Shown: positions 10,360 through 20,082 of the stretch, piece by piece
Layout of the letters: each line of letters starts with the position of its first letter
Position numbering within the stretch: position 1 is the stretch's first letter
Source: Lentisphaerota bacterium
GTDB taxonomy: Bacteria > Verrucomicrobiota > Kiritimatiellia > UBA8416 > VGWI01
Assembly (NCBI GenBank): GCA_016873655.1
Contig: VGWI01000004.1
Span: 160 to 64,159 of the forward strand
Direction of reading: 5' to 3'
DNA length: 64,000 nt
Made by a program: the position numbers and the translations under genes
Notes under the pieces: generated by a model
Seen by the model: the letters and a program-made list of their open reading frames with translations, nothing else
What the model was told of the DNA's origin: nothing
The model's database searches: none

Positions 10360-11676
10360 ATGATGAATACGCCAGTCATACCGTGCGTTCGACAGTTGGC
10401 GTGCATGTTCTCCTGCGTATTGTTTCTTGCCGCCTGGGGCATGCCGGCTTCGGGAGCCACGGTCAGGTTGCGCATCACGGTTGTCAATCCCCGCGAGACG
10501 AACCAGGTTGCCGATGTGCGTGCCAATCTCCCCGCTCGTGTGGGAACGAATGATGTTGTCAGCTGGGGCGGGCTCGACTGGGGCTACGACACCAGGAACG
10601 ACATCTACTATGTGCACAAGAAGGTCGAACTGGGCCCCAAAGAGGGCAGGGTGTTCGATATCGACATCCGTGATATATGGACGATCGAACCGGGCGAGAT
10701 AGACGGCATCAATCGGCATGCGGGGGCTCTTGTGGACAAGCTTCGCGGCGCGGAGGTCCACGCAACCGCAACCGAGTTGCAGAAGCTCATAGAGAAGAAC
10801 CTTGCCGACATTCTGGAGCGGCAGGACAAGTTCGCGATCGGGCCGGGGGTGGAGGCCATACAGCACATCAATGCCTACGAGACCAACCTGGGCATGCTCA
10901 GGCGGGTCAAGAGGGACGTGGGGATGATAGAGAACCTTGTGCTGGGGACAGGGCAGGACATAGGGGAGATGGTCGGAGAGAGCAAGCTCCTCGCGAAACC
11001 GGAACGGGGCGAAGATTCGGAACCCGCTGAATACAAGACGGCCATCATGGAATTCACGGTGGTCAACCCTTCGGTATCCGAGAAGAAACAGGCCGTTGTA
11101 CGCGAGAGCCTTCCGGAAGAGGTGAAGATATACGATGTACTGGAAGCCGGAGAGCTCGAAGTCGGTGCGGACTACAACACCGGGATGTGCTACGTCTACA
11201 AGGAAGGGATAGACCTGGCGCCCGGCGAGAAGAAGACATTCCGCGTGACGATAAGGGACAAGTGGGATGTCAACGGGCCGAGGGTGGCATCCCTGATTGC
11301 CTCGGCCAGCAACCTGCTTTACAGGGTGGAGGTCCGGGGGCGTTACAAGGGCGTGGAGGAAGCGATATCCGGAGTTCTTGGCGGGCTTCTTGAGATAAGG
11401 GGTGAAGAGGGGCCGACGGCCGTGAATGACGCGTATGTCGCATTCTTTCGTGAGCAGACCGCAAGGGTTGACATTCTGGAGCAGAAACTCAGGCGCGTTG
11501 AGGCCGCTTTGCGGCCGATAGAGCGGAAGTCCAAGTGGGGTTTTGCGGTCCAGGCGCCCAGCAAGAAGACCACATGGCTCATCATCTACATAGTCCTTGG
11601 CTTCCTGGGTTTCTTCAGTGTACTTTTCTTCCTGAGGTGGTACGGAAAGAGCAAGAGTGAGAAACTGGGCCTGTGA
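10360..11676 (+). CDS. Exported protein with an internally duplicated domain and a C-terminal transmembrane anchor (start uncertain, 10297-10384)
   Basis: Signal-peptide-like N-terminus (...FLAAWGMPASG). Two copies of TVVNP...LP..V...D(V)...G.L..G.D......Y(Y)V.K...L.P.E...F...IRD.W. C-terminal WLIIYIVLGFLGFFSVLFFL followed by basic tail RWYGKSK. Confidence 0.75.
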   Translation: MMNTPVIPCVRQLACMFSCVLFLAAWGMPASGATVRLRITVVNPRETNQVADVRANLPARVGTNDVVSWGGLDWGYDTRNDIYYVHKKVELGPKEGRVFDIDIRDIWTIEPGEIDGINRHAGALVDKLRGAEVHATATELQKLIEKNLADILERQDKFAIGPGVEAIQHINAYETNLGMLRRVKRDVGMIENLVLGTGQDIGEMVGESKLLAKPERGEDSEPAEYKTAIMEFTVVNPSVSEKKQAVVRESLPEEVKIYDVLEAGELEVGADYNTGMCYVYKEGIDLAPGEKKTFRVTIRDKWDVNGPRVASLIASASNLLYRVEVRGRYKGVEEAISGVLGGLLEIRGEEGPTAVNDAYVAFFREQTARVDILEQKLRRVEAALRPIERKSKWGFAVQAPSKKTTWLIIYIVLGFLGFFSVLFFLRWYGKSKSEKLGL

Positions 11677-11779
11677 GGCCGTTTCTCAGCAGTCTTGCCG
11701 CTGCCGCGAGCCGTACTTCCATCCGTCGGTCTTCCGGCGCGGGGTCTTCACAGTGTCTTTTTGACGGGGGAGATGTGGT

Positions 11780-13243
11780 ATGCCGTTGAAGATCAACCCG
11801 ATAAAGCTCATCGAGCACGGGGTTGTTGCGGAGATCCGGCAGGATGTCGTGCACGTGACCGGGCTGACCAACTGCATGAACGGGCAGTTGGTGAACATCG
11901 GGGTTTCGGCGCAGGGGGTGATTGTCGGGTTTGACCCGGACTACGTGCTCGTGCTTGTTGTCCGCGAGGGCGCCCCGATCAAGCCCGGTGACGCCGTAAT
12001 CACGACCATAGACCAGTTCCGTGTTCCTGTCGGGGAACGTTTCATCGGCCGGAGGCTGAACGCCCTGGCAGAGCCGGCGGACAACGGCGGTCCGATACGC
12101 GAGGATGGCGCCAACCCGATCTTCGGAGCTGCGCCGGGCGTGCTCGAACGGGTTCCGCTGGCGCAGGTTCTCGAAACCGGCACGAAGATAATCGACATGA
12201 CTTTGCCGATAGGAATGGGGCAGCGCATGTTGATCATCGGCGACCGCACCACCGGCAAGACTACCGTCGGGGTCGATGCGATCATGAACCAGAAGGGCAA
12301 GGACGTGGTCTGCATCTACTGCTGCATAGGCAAGGCGGAGGCGGCGCTTGCCAAGGTGACGGAGTCTTTCGACAAGGGGCGCGTCTGGGACTACGGAATG
12401 ATCGTTGCGGCAACCGCTTCGGACCCGATGGGGCAGCAGTATCTGGCCCCGTACGTGGCGTGCAGTCTCGGCGAGTACTTCATGTACACGAAGGGGCGCG
12501 ACGTCCTCGTTGTTTTCGACGATTTCACGAAGCACGCGTGGGCTTACCGCCAGATATCTCTGTTGCTGGAGCGAGCGCCGGGCCGTGACGCGTATCCCGG
12601 CGATATATTCTATATACACTCCCAGCTTGTTGAGCGCGCGGGGAAGCTCAACGCGGCACGCGGCGGCGGGTCCATGACGCACCTGCCCATTGTCGAGACG
12701 CTGCAGGGCGACGTCGCAGGCTATATTCCATCCAACATCATTTCCATGACCGACGGACAGGTGTACATGAATTCCCTGCTGTTCGGCGAGGGATTCAAGC
12801 CGGCAATTGACATGGGGCTTTCTGTCTCGAGGATCGGCAGCAAGGTTCAATGGAAAGCGATGAAGAAGCTTAGCGGAATGCTCAAGCTTGAGTATGTGCG
12901 ATACAAGGAACTTGAGAAGCTTACCCGGATCAAGGCCGGAGTGTCGGGTGAGGTCGAAAGGCGTTTGAATCGCGGCAAGGTTCTTGAAGAAGTCCTGAAG
13001 CAGGACGCGAACGAGCCGGTTGCGATGGAGGACGAAGTCATGATCCTCTACGCGCTTGAGCGCGGGCTGCTGGACAAGGCCGATCCTCCGCAGGTGAGGG
13101 GAATCCTGGCTGAGTTCATACGCCGGGTAAGGACGAGGCACCCCACGCTGCCGGCGGAACTGTCCCAGAAGAAGGAACTGACCGAGCCGATCAAGGAGGC
13201 GCTCAACAATGAGCTTGCGGGGCTCTCCCATACCGCTGTTTAA
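11780..13243 (+). CDS. atpA: F1-ATPase alpha-like subunit, paralogue 1 (arginine finger intact)
   Basis: Walker A GDRTTGKTT, DDFTKHAWAYRQISLLL.R.PGRDAYPGDIFY, IISMTDGQ, SVSRIG; GGAG RBS upstream. Confidence 0.92.
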   Translation: MPLKINPIKLIEHGVVAEIRQDVVHVTGLTNCMNGQLVNIGVSAQGVIVGFDPDYVLVLVVREGAPIKPGDAVITTIDQFRVPVGERFIGRRLNALAEPADNGGPIREDGANPIFGAAPGVLERVPLAQVLETGTKIIDMTLPIGMGQRMLIIGDRTTGKTTVGVDAIMNQKGKDVVCIYCCIGKAEAALAKVTESFDKGRVWDYGMIVAATASDPMGQQYLAPYVACSLGEYFMYTKGRDVLVVFDDFTKHAWAYRQISLLLERAPGRDAYPGDIFYIHSQLVERAGKLNAARGGGSMTHLPIVETLQGDVAGYIPSNIISMTDGQVYMNSLLFGEGFKPAIDMGLSVSRIGSKVQWKAMKKLSGMLKLEYVRYKELEKLTRIKAGVSGEVERRLNRGKVLEEVLKQDANEPVAMEDEVMILYALERGLLDKADPPQVRGILAEFIRRVRTRHPTLPAELSQKKELTEPIKEALNNELAGLSHTAV

Positions 13244-14696
13244 GATCAAGGTCCAGGAAAAGGGCCGGATCAAGGACATCAAGGAGATAATTGTCCGCAT
13301 AGATGGTCTTCCGACGTGTCTGAACGGCCAGATCGTTGACCTCGGTGAAGGGGTCAAGGGAATCGTGATGGGATACGACGAGCAGGAGGTCCTTGCCCTT
13401 GTGCTTGGCGATCCGGGCAAGCTCAGGATGGGCCGGGAGGTGGCGGGAGTCAGTGAGCCGTTCCAAATCCCGGTCAGTGATGCAGTGATAGGCCGGATGG
13501 TTTCGGCGCTCGGGTATCCGTGTGACCAGGGGCAGCCGGTCGAGCCGGAGTCATTTGCGCCCGTATTCAAGGACTCGCCGCCGATCACGCACAGGGATCC
13601 GGTTACGCAGTTTCTGCCAACCGGCACGAAGATGGTGGATATCTTCATCCCCATCGCCAAGGGTCAGCGGCAGTTGATTCTCGGCGACAGGATGACCGGC
13701 AAGACGGTCATAGCGCTGGATGCCATCATAAATCAGGTCGGGCGGAACGTGATCTGCATCTTCTGCTGCGTCGGGAAGTCTGTCTCTTCTCTGCAGAAGG
13801 CCATGTCGATTCTGCACGACAACGATGCGTTGTCCTACACGGCGGTGATAGTCGCAACCGACAGTTCGCCGGTGGGTGAGCAGTACATAGTTCCGTTTGC
13901 GGCTGCCTCCATGGCGGAGCATTTCGCGGCCAAGGGGCGTGACGTGCTCGTGGTGTTTGATGACCTTACCAAGCATGCGTGGGCCTATCGCCAGCTCTCG
14001 TTGCTCCTGGACAGGCCGCCAGGCCGTGAGGCGTATCCCGGCGACATATTCTATGTGCAGACTCAGCTCATGGAGCGGGCTGGTCAGTTCAATGCGGAGC
14101 ACGGCGGCGGGTCAATCACCTACCTGGGGATCGCGGAGACGTTGCAGGGCGACCTTACAGGTTATATCCCGTCCAACCTGGCCTCCATGTGTGACGGGCA
14201 GGTATGCATGAGCAGCACCATCTTCGCGGAGGGATTCCGCCCGGCGGTCGATATCTCGCTTTCTCTGTCGATCGTCGGCGGAAGAGCCCAGCCGCCGGTT
14301 CTCAAGAAGCTGAGTCGCGACATACGGGCTGACTACGCGAGATATTCTGAAGTGGTGAAACTGAGCAGGATGGGGTCCGGCCTGTCCGAAGAGGCCGAGA
14401 AGACGATCAAGAAGGGCGAAGCGATAGTCTCGATTCTGCAGCAGGGGCAGCACGCTCCTGTTTCGCTTTCGGAGGAAGTGTTCCTTCTGTATGCCCTGCA
14501 CGCCGGCATGCTTGCGCCTCTGGACCGCGAGGAGAAGACGCGCTTCACGAAGGGGATCGCCGGGTTCGCGGCAGAGAGAATGCCCGGGCTCGCGTCGCGG
14601 ATTGAAGCTGAAGCAGAGCTCACTCCGGAAATCGAGGAGAGTCTGAGGAGTCTGCTGGAGGCCTATTTCGGCCGGAAGCCTGGCGGGGGCGGGTGA
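13209..14696 (+). CDS. atpA: F1-ATPase alpha-like subunit, paralogue 2 (arginine finger replaced by Ile)
   Basis: Walker A GDRMTGKTV, DDLTKHAWAYRQLSLLL.RPPGREAYPGDIFY; SLSIVG where canonical alpha has SVSRVG; overlaps paralogue 1 by 35 bp. Confidence 0.9.
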   Translation: MSLRGSPIPLFKIKVQEKGRIKDIKEIIVRIDGLPTCLNGQIVDLGEGVKGIVMGYDEQEVLALVLGDPGKLRMGREVAGVSEPFQIPVSDAVIGRMVSALGYPCDQGQPVEPESFAPVFKDSPPITHRDPVTQFLPTGTKMVDIFIPIAKGQRQLILGDRMTGKTVIALDAIINQVGRNVICIFCCVGKSVSSLQKAMSILHDNDALSYTAVIVATDSSPVGEQYIVPFAAASMAEHFAAKGRDVLVVFDDLTKHAWAYRQLSLLLDRPPGREAYPGDIFYVQTQLMERAGQFNAEHGGGSITYLGIAETLQGDLTGYIPSNLASMCDGQVCMSSTIFAEGFRPAVDISLSLSIVGGRAQPPVLKKLSRDIRADYARYSEVVKLSRMGSGLSEEAEKTIKKGEAIVSILQQGQHAPVSLSEEVFLLYALHAGMLAPLDREEKTRFTKGIAGFAAERMPGLASRIEAEAELTPEIEESLRSLLEAYFGRKPGGGG

Positions 14697-14920
14697 AACT
14701 GACGATCTTGAATCCCAAGCACGTGATTTTCGAGGGCGACGCGTCGAGCGTGTTCCTGCCTGGCGATCTCGCGGAGTTTGAGATACTGGACCATCACGCT
14801 CCGATTGTGAGCCTGCTTGTCAAGGGCGAGATAGTGGTGGACTGGCACCGCAGGATACCCATACGGCAGGGGATGGTCAGGTTCGACAGGAACGAGTGCA
14901 TGGCTCTGGTAGAGGAATAG
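14693..14920 (+). CDS. atpC: F1 epsilon-like subunit, N-terminal beta-sandwich only (75 aa)
   Basis: MKLTILNPKHVIFEG...V.LPG..AEFEIL.HHAPIVSLL.KG matches the epsilon N-domain; GTGA overlap with the alpha2 stop. Confidence 0.85.
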   Translation: MKLTILNPKHVIFEGDASSVFLPGDLAEFEILDHHAPIVSLLVKGEIVVDWHRRIPIRQGMVRFDRNECMALVEE

Positions 14921-14944
14921 ACCGTCTGCGCCTGGAGGGCGGGC

Positions 14945-15160
14945 ATGGACAAGTTCGTAATATTTCTGGTGATGTTCGTGACGATTATCGGCCCATCGGC
15001 CGTGATAGCGGCCATCGGGTACGCGAGCATACGGGCGCTGGGGCGCAACCCCTCGGCTGCAAACAAGATACTGCAGGCCATGATTGTCGCCCTGGTATTT
15101 GCCGAGGCGATAGCGGTGGTTGCTTTGCTCATACTGTTCCAGTTGTTTGCTGGAACATAG
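14945..15160 (+). CDS. atpE: Fo subunit c-like proteolipid (71 aa)
   Basis: Two hydrophobic helices, RNP loop, conserved carboxylate in VFAEAIA; GGAGG RBS. Confidence 0.88.
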   Translation: MDKFVIFLVMFVTIIGPSAVIAAIGYASIRALGRNPSAANKILQAMIVALVFAEAIAVVALLILFQLFAGT

Positions 15161-15213
15161 GTGAATAGGCAGCCCGGGCGAACGGCCGGGGCCGCCGCAT
15201 GGAGGCGGGGAGC

Positions 15214-15960
15214 ATGCGAGAAATCATACGAATACTGATGCCGGTGGCGCTGACTTATGTGGCTGCGACAGCGCTGATGGTGTTCGCCATAAGGCGTCTG
15301 CTGCTGGGGGATACGCGCAGGGCAATGGCCAAGATCCGTGAAGTCGAAGGCGAGGTGCGCCGGAAGGAGGAGCGGATCAGGGCCGAAATCGCCGAGCACG
15401 AGCGTGACTTCGAGGCGAGAAAGATCGAGGCCCAGGAATCCATGGAGCGGCAGCGCAAGGAATCCGAGAAAGAGATGGCCAAGGCAAGAGAAAAAGCCCT
15501 GGCTGATGCCCGCAAGGAAGGTGAGCGCATAATCGATCAGGCGAGGAAGAACGAAGAGAAGCTGAGACAGCAGATAGCCCAGGACATGGAAGAGAAGGCC
15601 GTGGAATACGGCGGCAGGATATTTAAGCTTGTTTTCAGCGAGGAAATGAACGTCGAGCTCAATCGCAAGTTCATTGAGGAACTGTTGAACGCCCTTGATG
15701 AGGTGGACAGCTCAAGCATCACCGTGGATGCGGACGATGCCGTGTTCAAGAGCAGTCATCCACTTGAGGAAGAGCAGAAGGAACGGCTGAAGGAGCTCCT
15801 GAAGAACAAGTTCGGGGCTGACGTGGAGATCAACGAGACAATTGACGAAGCGCTGCTGGCCGGTCTTTCGTTCAAGCTGGGCAGTCTTGAGATAGATGGC
15901 AGCCTGCTGAGCCGGTACCATGAGGCGGTTTCGGAAGTGAAGAAGGGTATAGGCACCTGA
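15214..15960 (+). CDS. atpF: Fo subunit b fused to a delta/OSCP C-terminal-like domain
   Basis: One N-terminal TM helix, long charged coiled coil, C-terminal S.HPL...Q...L...L...FG......IDE.LLAG....LGS.EIDGSL typical of the delta C-terminus. Confidence 0.8.
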   Translation: MREIIRILMPVALTYVAATALMVFAIRRLLLGDTRRAMAKIREVEGEVRRKEERIRAEIAEHERDFEARKIEAQESMERQRKESEKEMAKAREKALADARKEGERIIDQARKNEEKLRQQIAQDMEEKAVEYGGRIFKLVFSEEMNVELNRKFIEELLNALDEVDSSSITVDADDAVFKSSHPLEEEQKERLKELLKNKFGADVEINETIDEALLAGLSFKLGSLEIDGSLLSRYHEAVSEVKKGIGT

Positions 15961-16013
15961 CATGGCGCTGCCGGCCGTCAGGCGGCCGTTGATTTCGGTT
16001 TGAGGCATGCCGG

Positions 16014-16949
16014 ATGCAACTTAGCGAACTCCGCAAGGAACTGAAGTTCAACCGCGAACTTGTGCAGCTCATTGAGACGCTCAAGAATATCGCGGCTGCC
16101 CAGTATCACCTGATGGAGAAGGAAAAGGAGCGGTTCGACCGCTTCATGGGTGCTTTTGCGGGTTTCTTCCGGGTCGTCAACCTTGTTGAGACGGCCAATC
16201 CGCTGGTGCGGTCGGCGTCGGACACGCTGGGGCTGGTCGTGATCACTTCCGATTCCGGGTTCATGGGCGGGCTTAACCAGGGAGTGATACGGGCTGCCCT
16301 TGCAGCGCAGGGCGAGACGCCTGACGAGAAGACGGCGCTTGTCGTTGTGGGGGAGAAGGGGCAGACGGCCTTCGCAGACATGGGCAGGGCTTTCAGGTTC
16401 TTTCCGGGAATAAGCCAGGAGACGATCTACGAGCAGGCTGTGGAGATAAAGGACCACATAGTGGAAGAGGTGCTTGCCGGCAGGATGGGCAGAGTTCTTC
16501 TGGCGTATCCGAAGCCCCTGTCCTTTTCGGCTCAGGACATAGACGTGATCAGGGTGCTGCCGTGCGGAGACCTGATATCCGTCGAGGATGAGCCCGGGGA
16601 AGGAGCGCAGGCCTCGACGACATTGCGCGGATTCATGCAGGAGTCGCTTGGGGTGATCGTGGAGTCGTCTTTCGCCGACATGGCGCAGTACCTGGCAAGC
16701 ACGTGGGTTACAAGCAAGCTTTACGAGGTGTTCGAGGACAGCAAGCTCGCGGAATTTTCCGCGAGGGCCATGCATCTCGAGGGAAGTTTCCAGAAGCTTG
16801 AGGAACAGTTGAAGAAGGTGCGGCACCAGACTTTCAAGGCCTCGCATGAGAAGATCGACAAGGGCATGCGCGAGAGCTTCGGCGCCAAGAAGGGGATGAA
16901 GAGAAGACGCAGGGGTGCAACGCAGCCGCAGGCTGCGGCTGACGCCTAG
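16014..16949 (+). CDS. atpG: Divergent F1 gamma subunit
   Basis: N-terminal helix ending NIAAAQY; VITSDSGFMGGLN (canonical SDRGLCG.FN); AEFSARAM (canonical SE..ARM); C-terminal helix. Confidence 0.85.
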   Translation: MQLSELRKELKFNRELVQLIETLKNIAAAQYHLMEKEKERFDRFMGAFAGFFRVVNLVETANPLVRSASDTLGLVVITSDSGFMGGLNQGVIRAALAAQGETPDEKTALVVVGEKGQTAFADMGRAFRFFPGISQETIYEQAVEIKDHIVEEVLAGRMGRVLLAYPKPLSFSAQDIDVIRVLPCGDLISVEDEPGEGAQASTTLRGFMQESLGVIVESSFADMAQYLASTWVTSKLYEVFEDSKLAEFSARAMHLEGSFQKLEEQLKKVRHQTFKASHEKIDKGMRESFGAKKGMKRRRRGATQPQAAADA

Positions 16950-18383
<1,434 letters not shown>

Positions 18384-18424
18384 GCTTTTCTCCGGTTGCG
18401 TGACCGGGGCCGCGGCATCTGAAT

Positions 18425-20059
18425 ATGAACAAGCTGGGACAACGCCTTGAGGCGGATGGGCTGCTCTCCGCGGAGCGTTTCGAGGAGGCGGCGGCACGGG
18501 CCAAGGAAAGCCGGCGGCCGCTTCCTGACGTGCTCCGGGATGACAGCTACGTTGCCGAGGGGCCTCTGCTCAGCGCTCTCGGCAAGGTCTACGGGCTTCA
18601 GGTCGTTGATCTTGACGACGACACGCCGGTTGACCAGTCCGCCGTGAGATCCATCCCGCCGAGGCTCGCAACCCACTACTGCGCCATGCCGATGAAACTG
18701 GAAGACGGGGTCATAACGCTGGCGGTCTCCAGCCTTTCCGACATGGCTGTCGTTGATGATCTTGAGACCAACCTGGGCTTGAGGGTCGATCGGGTTCTTG
18801 CCACCCGGGCTGGCATCCAGCGTGCGATAAGGCGGCACTACGGAGTCGGCGCAGGCACGGTCGAACGCATACTCGGAGAGGACAGGCCGGGCGAGGCGTC
18901 CCATATGGAGACGTCGCATGATCTGGAACTCATGGCCGAGGATGCGTCGGTTGTCCGCCTTGTCAACCAGATCCTGCAGGACGCCATACGGGACAGGGCA
19001 ACCGACATACACCTGGAAAGCTACAGAGACGAGATGCTCTGTCGCAGGCGGATAGACGGCGTCCTGCAGGAGACGAGTTTGCCGCGAAGCATCCGGCAGC
19101 TCTATCCTGCCATGGTGTCCCGGATCAAGCTGATGTCCGGACTCGACATAGTCGAAAGACGTCTGCCCCAGGACGGGAGAGCCCGTGTCAACATGGGGCG
19201 TGAAGAGTTCGACCTGCGGGTCTCCATAGTCCCGGCAGTGCACGGGGAGGACATCGTCATAAGGGTCCTGCCGACACGGTCGATGCTCAACCTGGGCGAT
19301 CTCGGGTTTTCCGGGGCGCACAGGGCGGAGTTGGAGAAGTACATAGCGATGCCGCACGGCATCGTCTTTGTGACCGGTCCGACTGGAAGCGGGAAGAGCA
19401 CCACTCTCTACGCATGCCTCAACCGGCTGAACACTCGCGACCACAAAATTATCACCATCGAGGACCCAGTCGAATATGAAGTGAGAGGGGTAACGCAGAC
19501 GCAGGTCAATCCGAAGATAGGTCTCACCTTCGCCCGGGCGCTGAGAAGCATGTTGAGACACGATCCGGACGTCATGATGGTTGGCGAGGTGCGTGACCGT
19601 GAAACGGCGGATATTGCAGTACAGACGGCCATGACGGGACACCTGGTGCTCAGCACTCTCCACACGAACGATGCTGCCGGGGCTGCGGTGCGTCTGATGG
19701 ATATGGGCGTTGATCCTTACCTGATAACTTCGACGGTTCTGGTGTTCATCGCGCAGCGGTTGGTACGGGTGATCTGCCCGGAGTGCAGGGAGGCGGTTCG
19801 GGAAGCGGGGATTACGAGGTATCGTGGAGCCGGCTGCAAGACATGCGGACGGAGCGGGTACTTCGGCCGTGCTGCTGTTGCCGAGTTTCTCCCGATGCTT
19901 CCGGCCATCGCGGGCCTGATCATGGGCAAGGCATCCGCACGTGAAATACGAGCGAAGGCGGATGAGCTTGGGATGCAGACTCTTCTGCAGGACGGTCTGC
20001 GGAAGGTTGAGGACGGTATCACGACCGAGCAGGAGGTCTTCCGCGTTATCGTAGCGTAG
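18425..20059 (+). CDS. gspE: Type II secretion/type IV pilus assembly ATPase (GspE/PulE/PilB family)
   Basis: ATDIHLE, ERRLPQDGR, GPTGSGKSTT, TIEDPVEY, LRHDPDVMMVGEVRD, TGHLVLSTLHTND, CPEC...CKTC zinc motif. Confidence 0.95.
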   Translation: MNKLGQRLEADGLLSAERFEEAAARAKESRRPLPDVLRDDSYVAEGPLLSALGKVYGLQVVDLDDDTPVDQSAVRSIPPRLATHYCAMPMKLEDGVITLAVSSLSDMAVVDDLETNLGLRVDRVLATRAGIQRAIRRHYGVGAGTVERILGEDRPGEASHMETSHDLELMAEDASVVRLVNQILQDAIRDRATDIHLESYRDEMLCRRRIDGVLQETSLPRSIRQLYPAMVSRIKLMSGLDIVERRLPQDGRARVNMGREEFDLRVSIVPAVHGEDIVIRVLPTRSMLNLGDLGFSGAHRAELEKYIAMPHGIVFVTGPTGSGKSTTLYACLNRLNTRDHKIITIEDPVEYEVRGVTQTQVNPKIGLTFARALRSMLRHDPDVMMVGEVRDRETADIAVQTAMTGHLVLSTLHTNDAAGAAVRLMDMGVDPYLITSTVLVFIAQRLVRVICPECREAVREAGITRYRGAGCKTCGRSGYFGRAAVAEFLPMLPAIAGLIMGKASAREIRAKADELGMQTLLQDGLRKVEDGITTEQEVFRVIVA

Positions 20060-20082
20060 GACCGAGGTTCCGGCAGGCTGCC

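Noticed and set aside
13209-13243. Frameshifted single alpha-alpha fusion or assembly duplication
   Set aside because: Each ORF is a full-length alpha and the two are strongly diverged; a 35-bp overlap with its own ATG is compatible with translational coupling.
9319-16847. Long antisense ORFs (9319-10866, 11615-13660, 15978-16847 and similar ones elsewhere, e.g. 60623-62314)
   Set aside because: Shadow ORFs opposite well-supported genes in GC-rich DNA, with no recognisable motifs.
18425-18600. MshEN c-di-GMP-binding motif in GspE
   Set aside because: Only a degenerate first half (KLGQRL...GLL) is present and the second RLG motif is absent (PLPDVL), so binding cannot be claimed.
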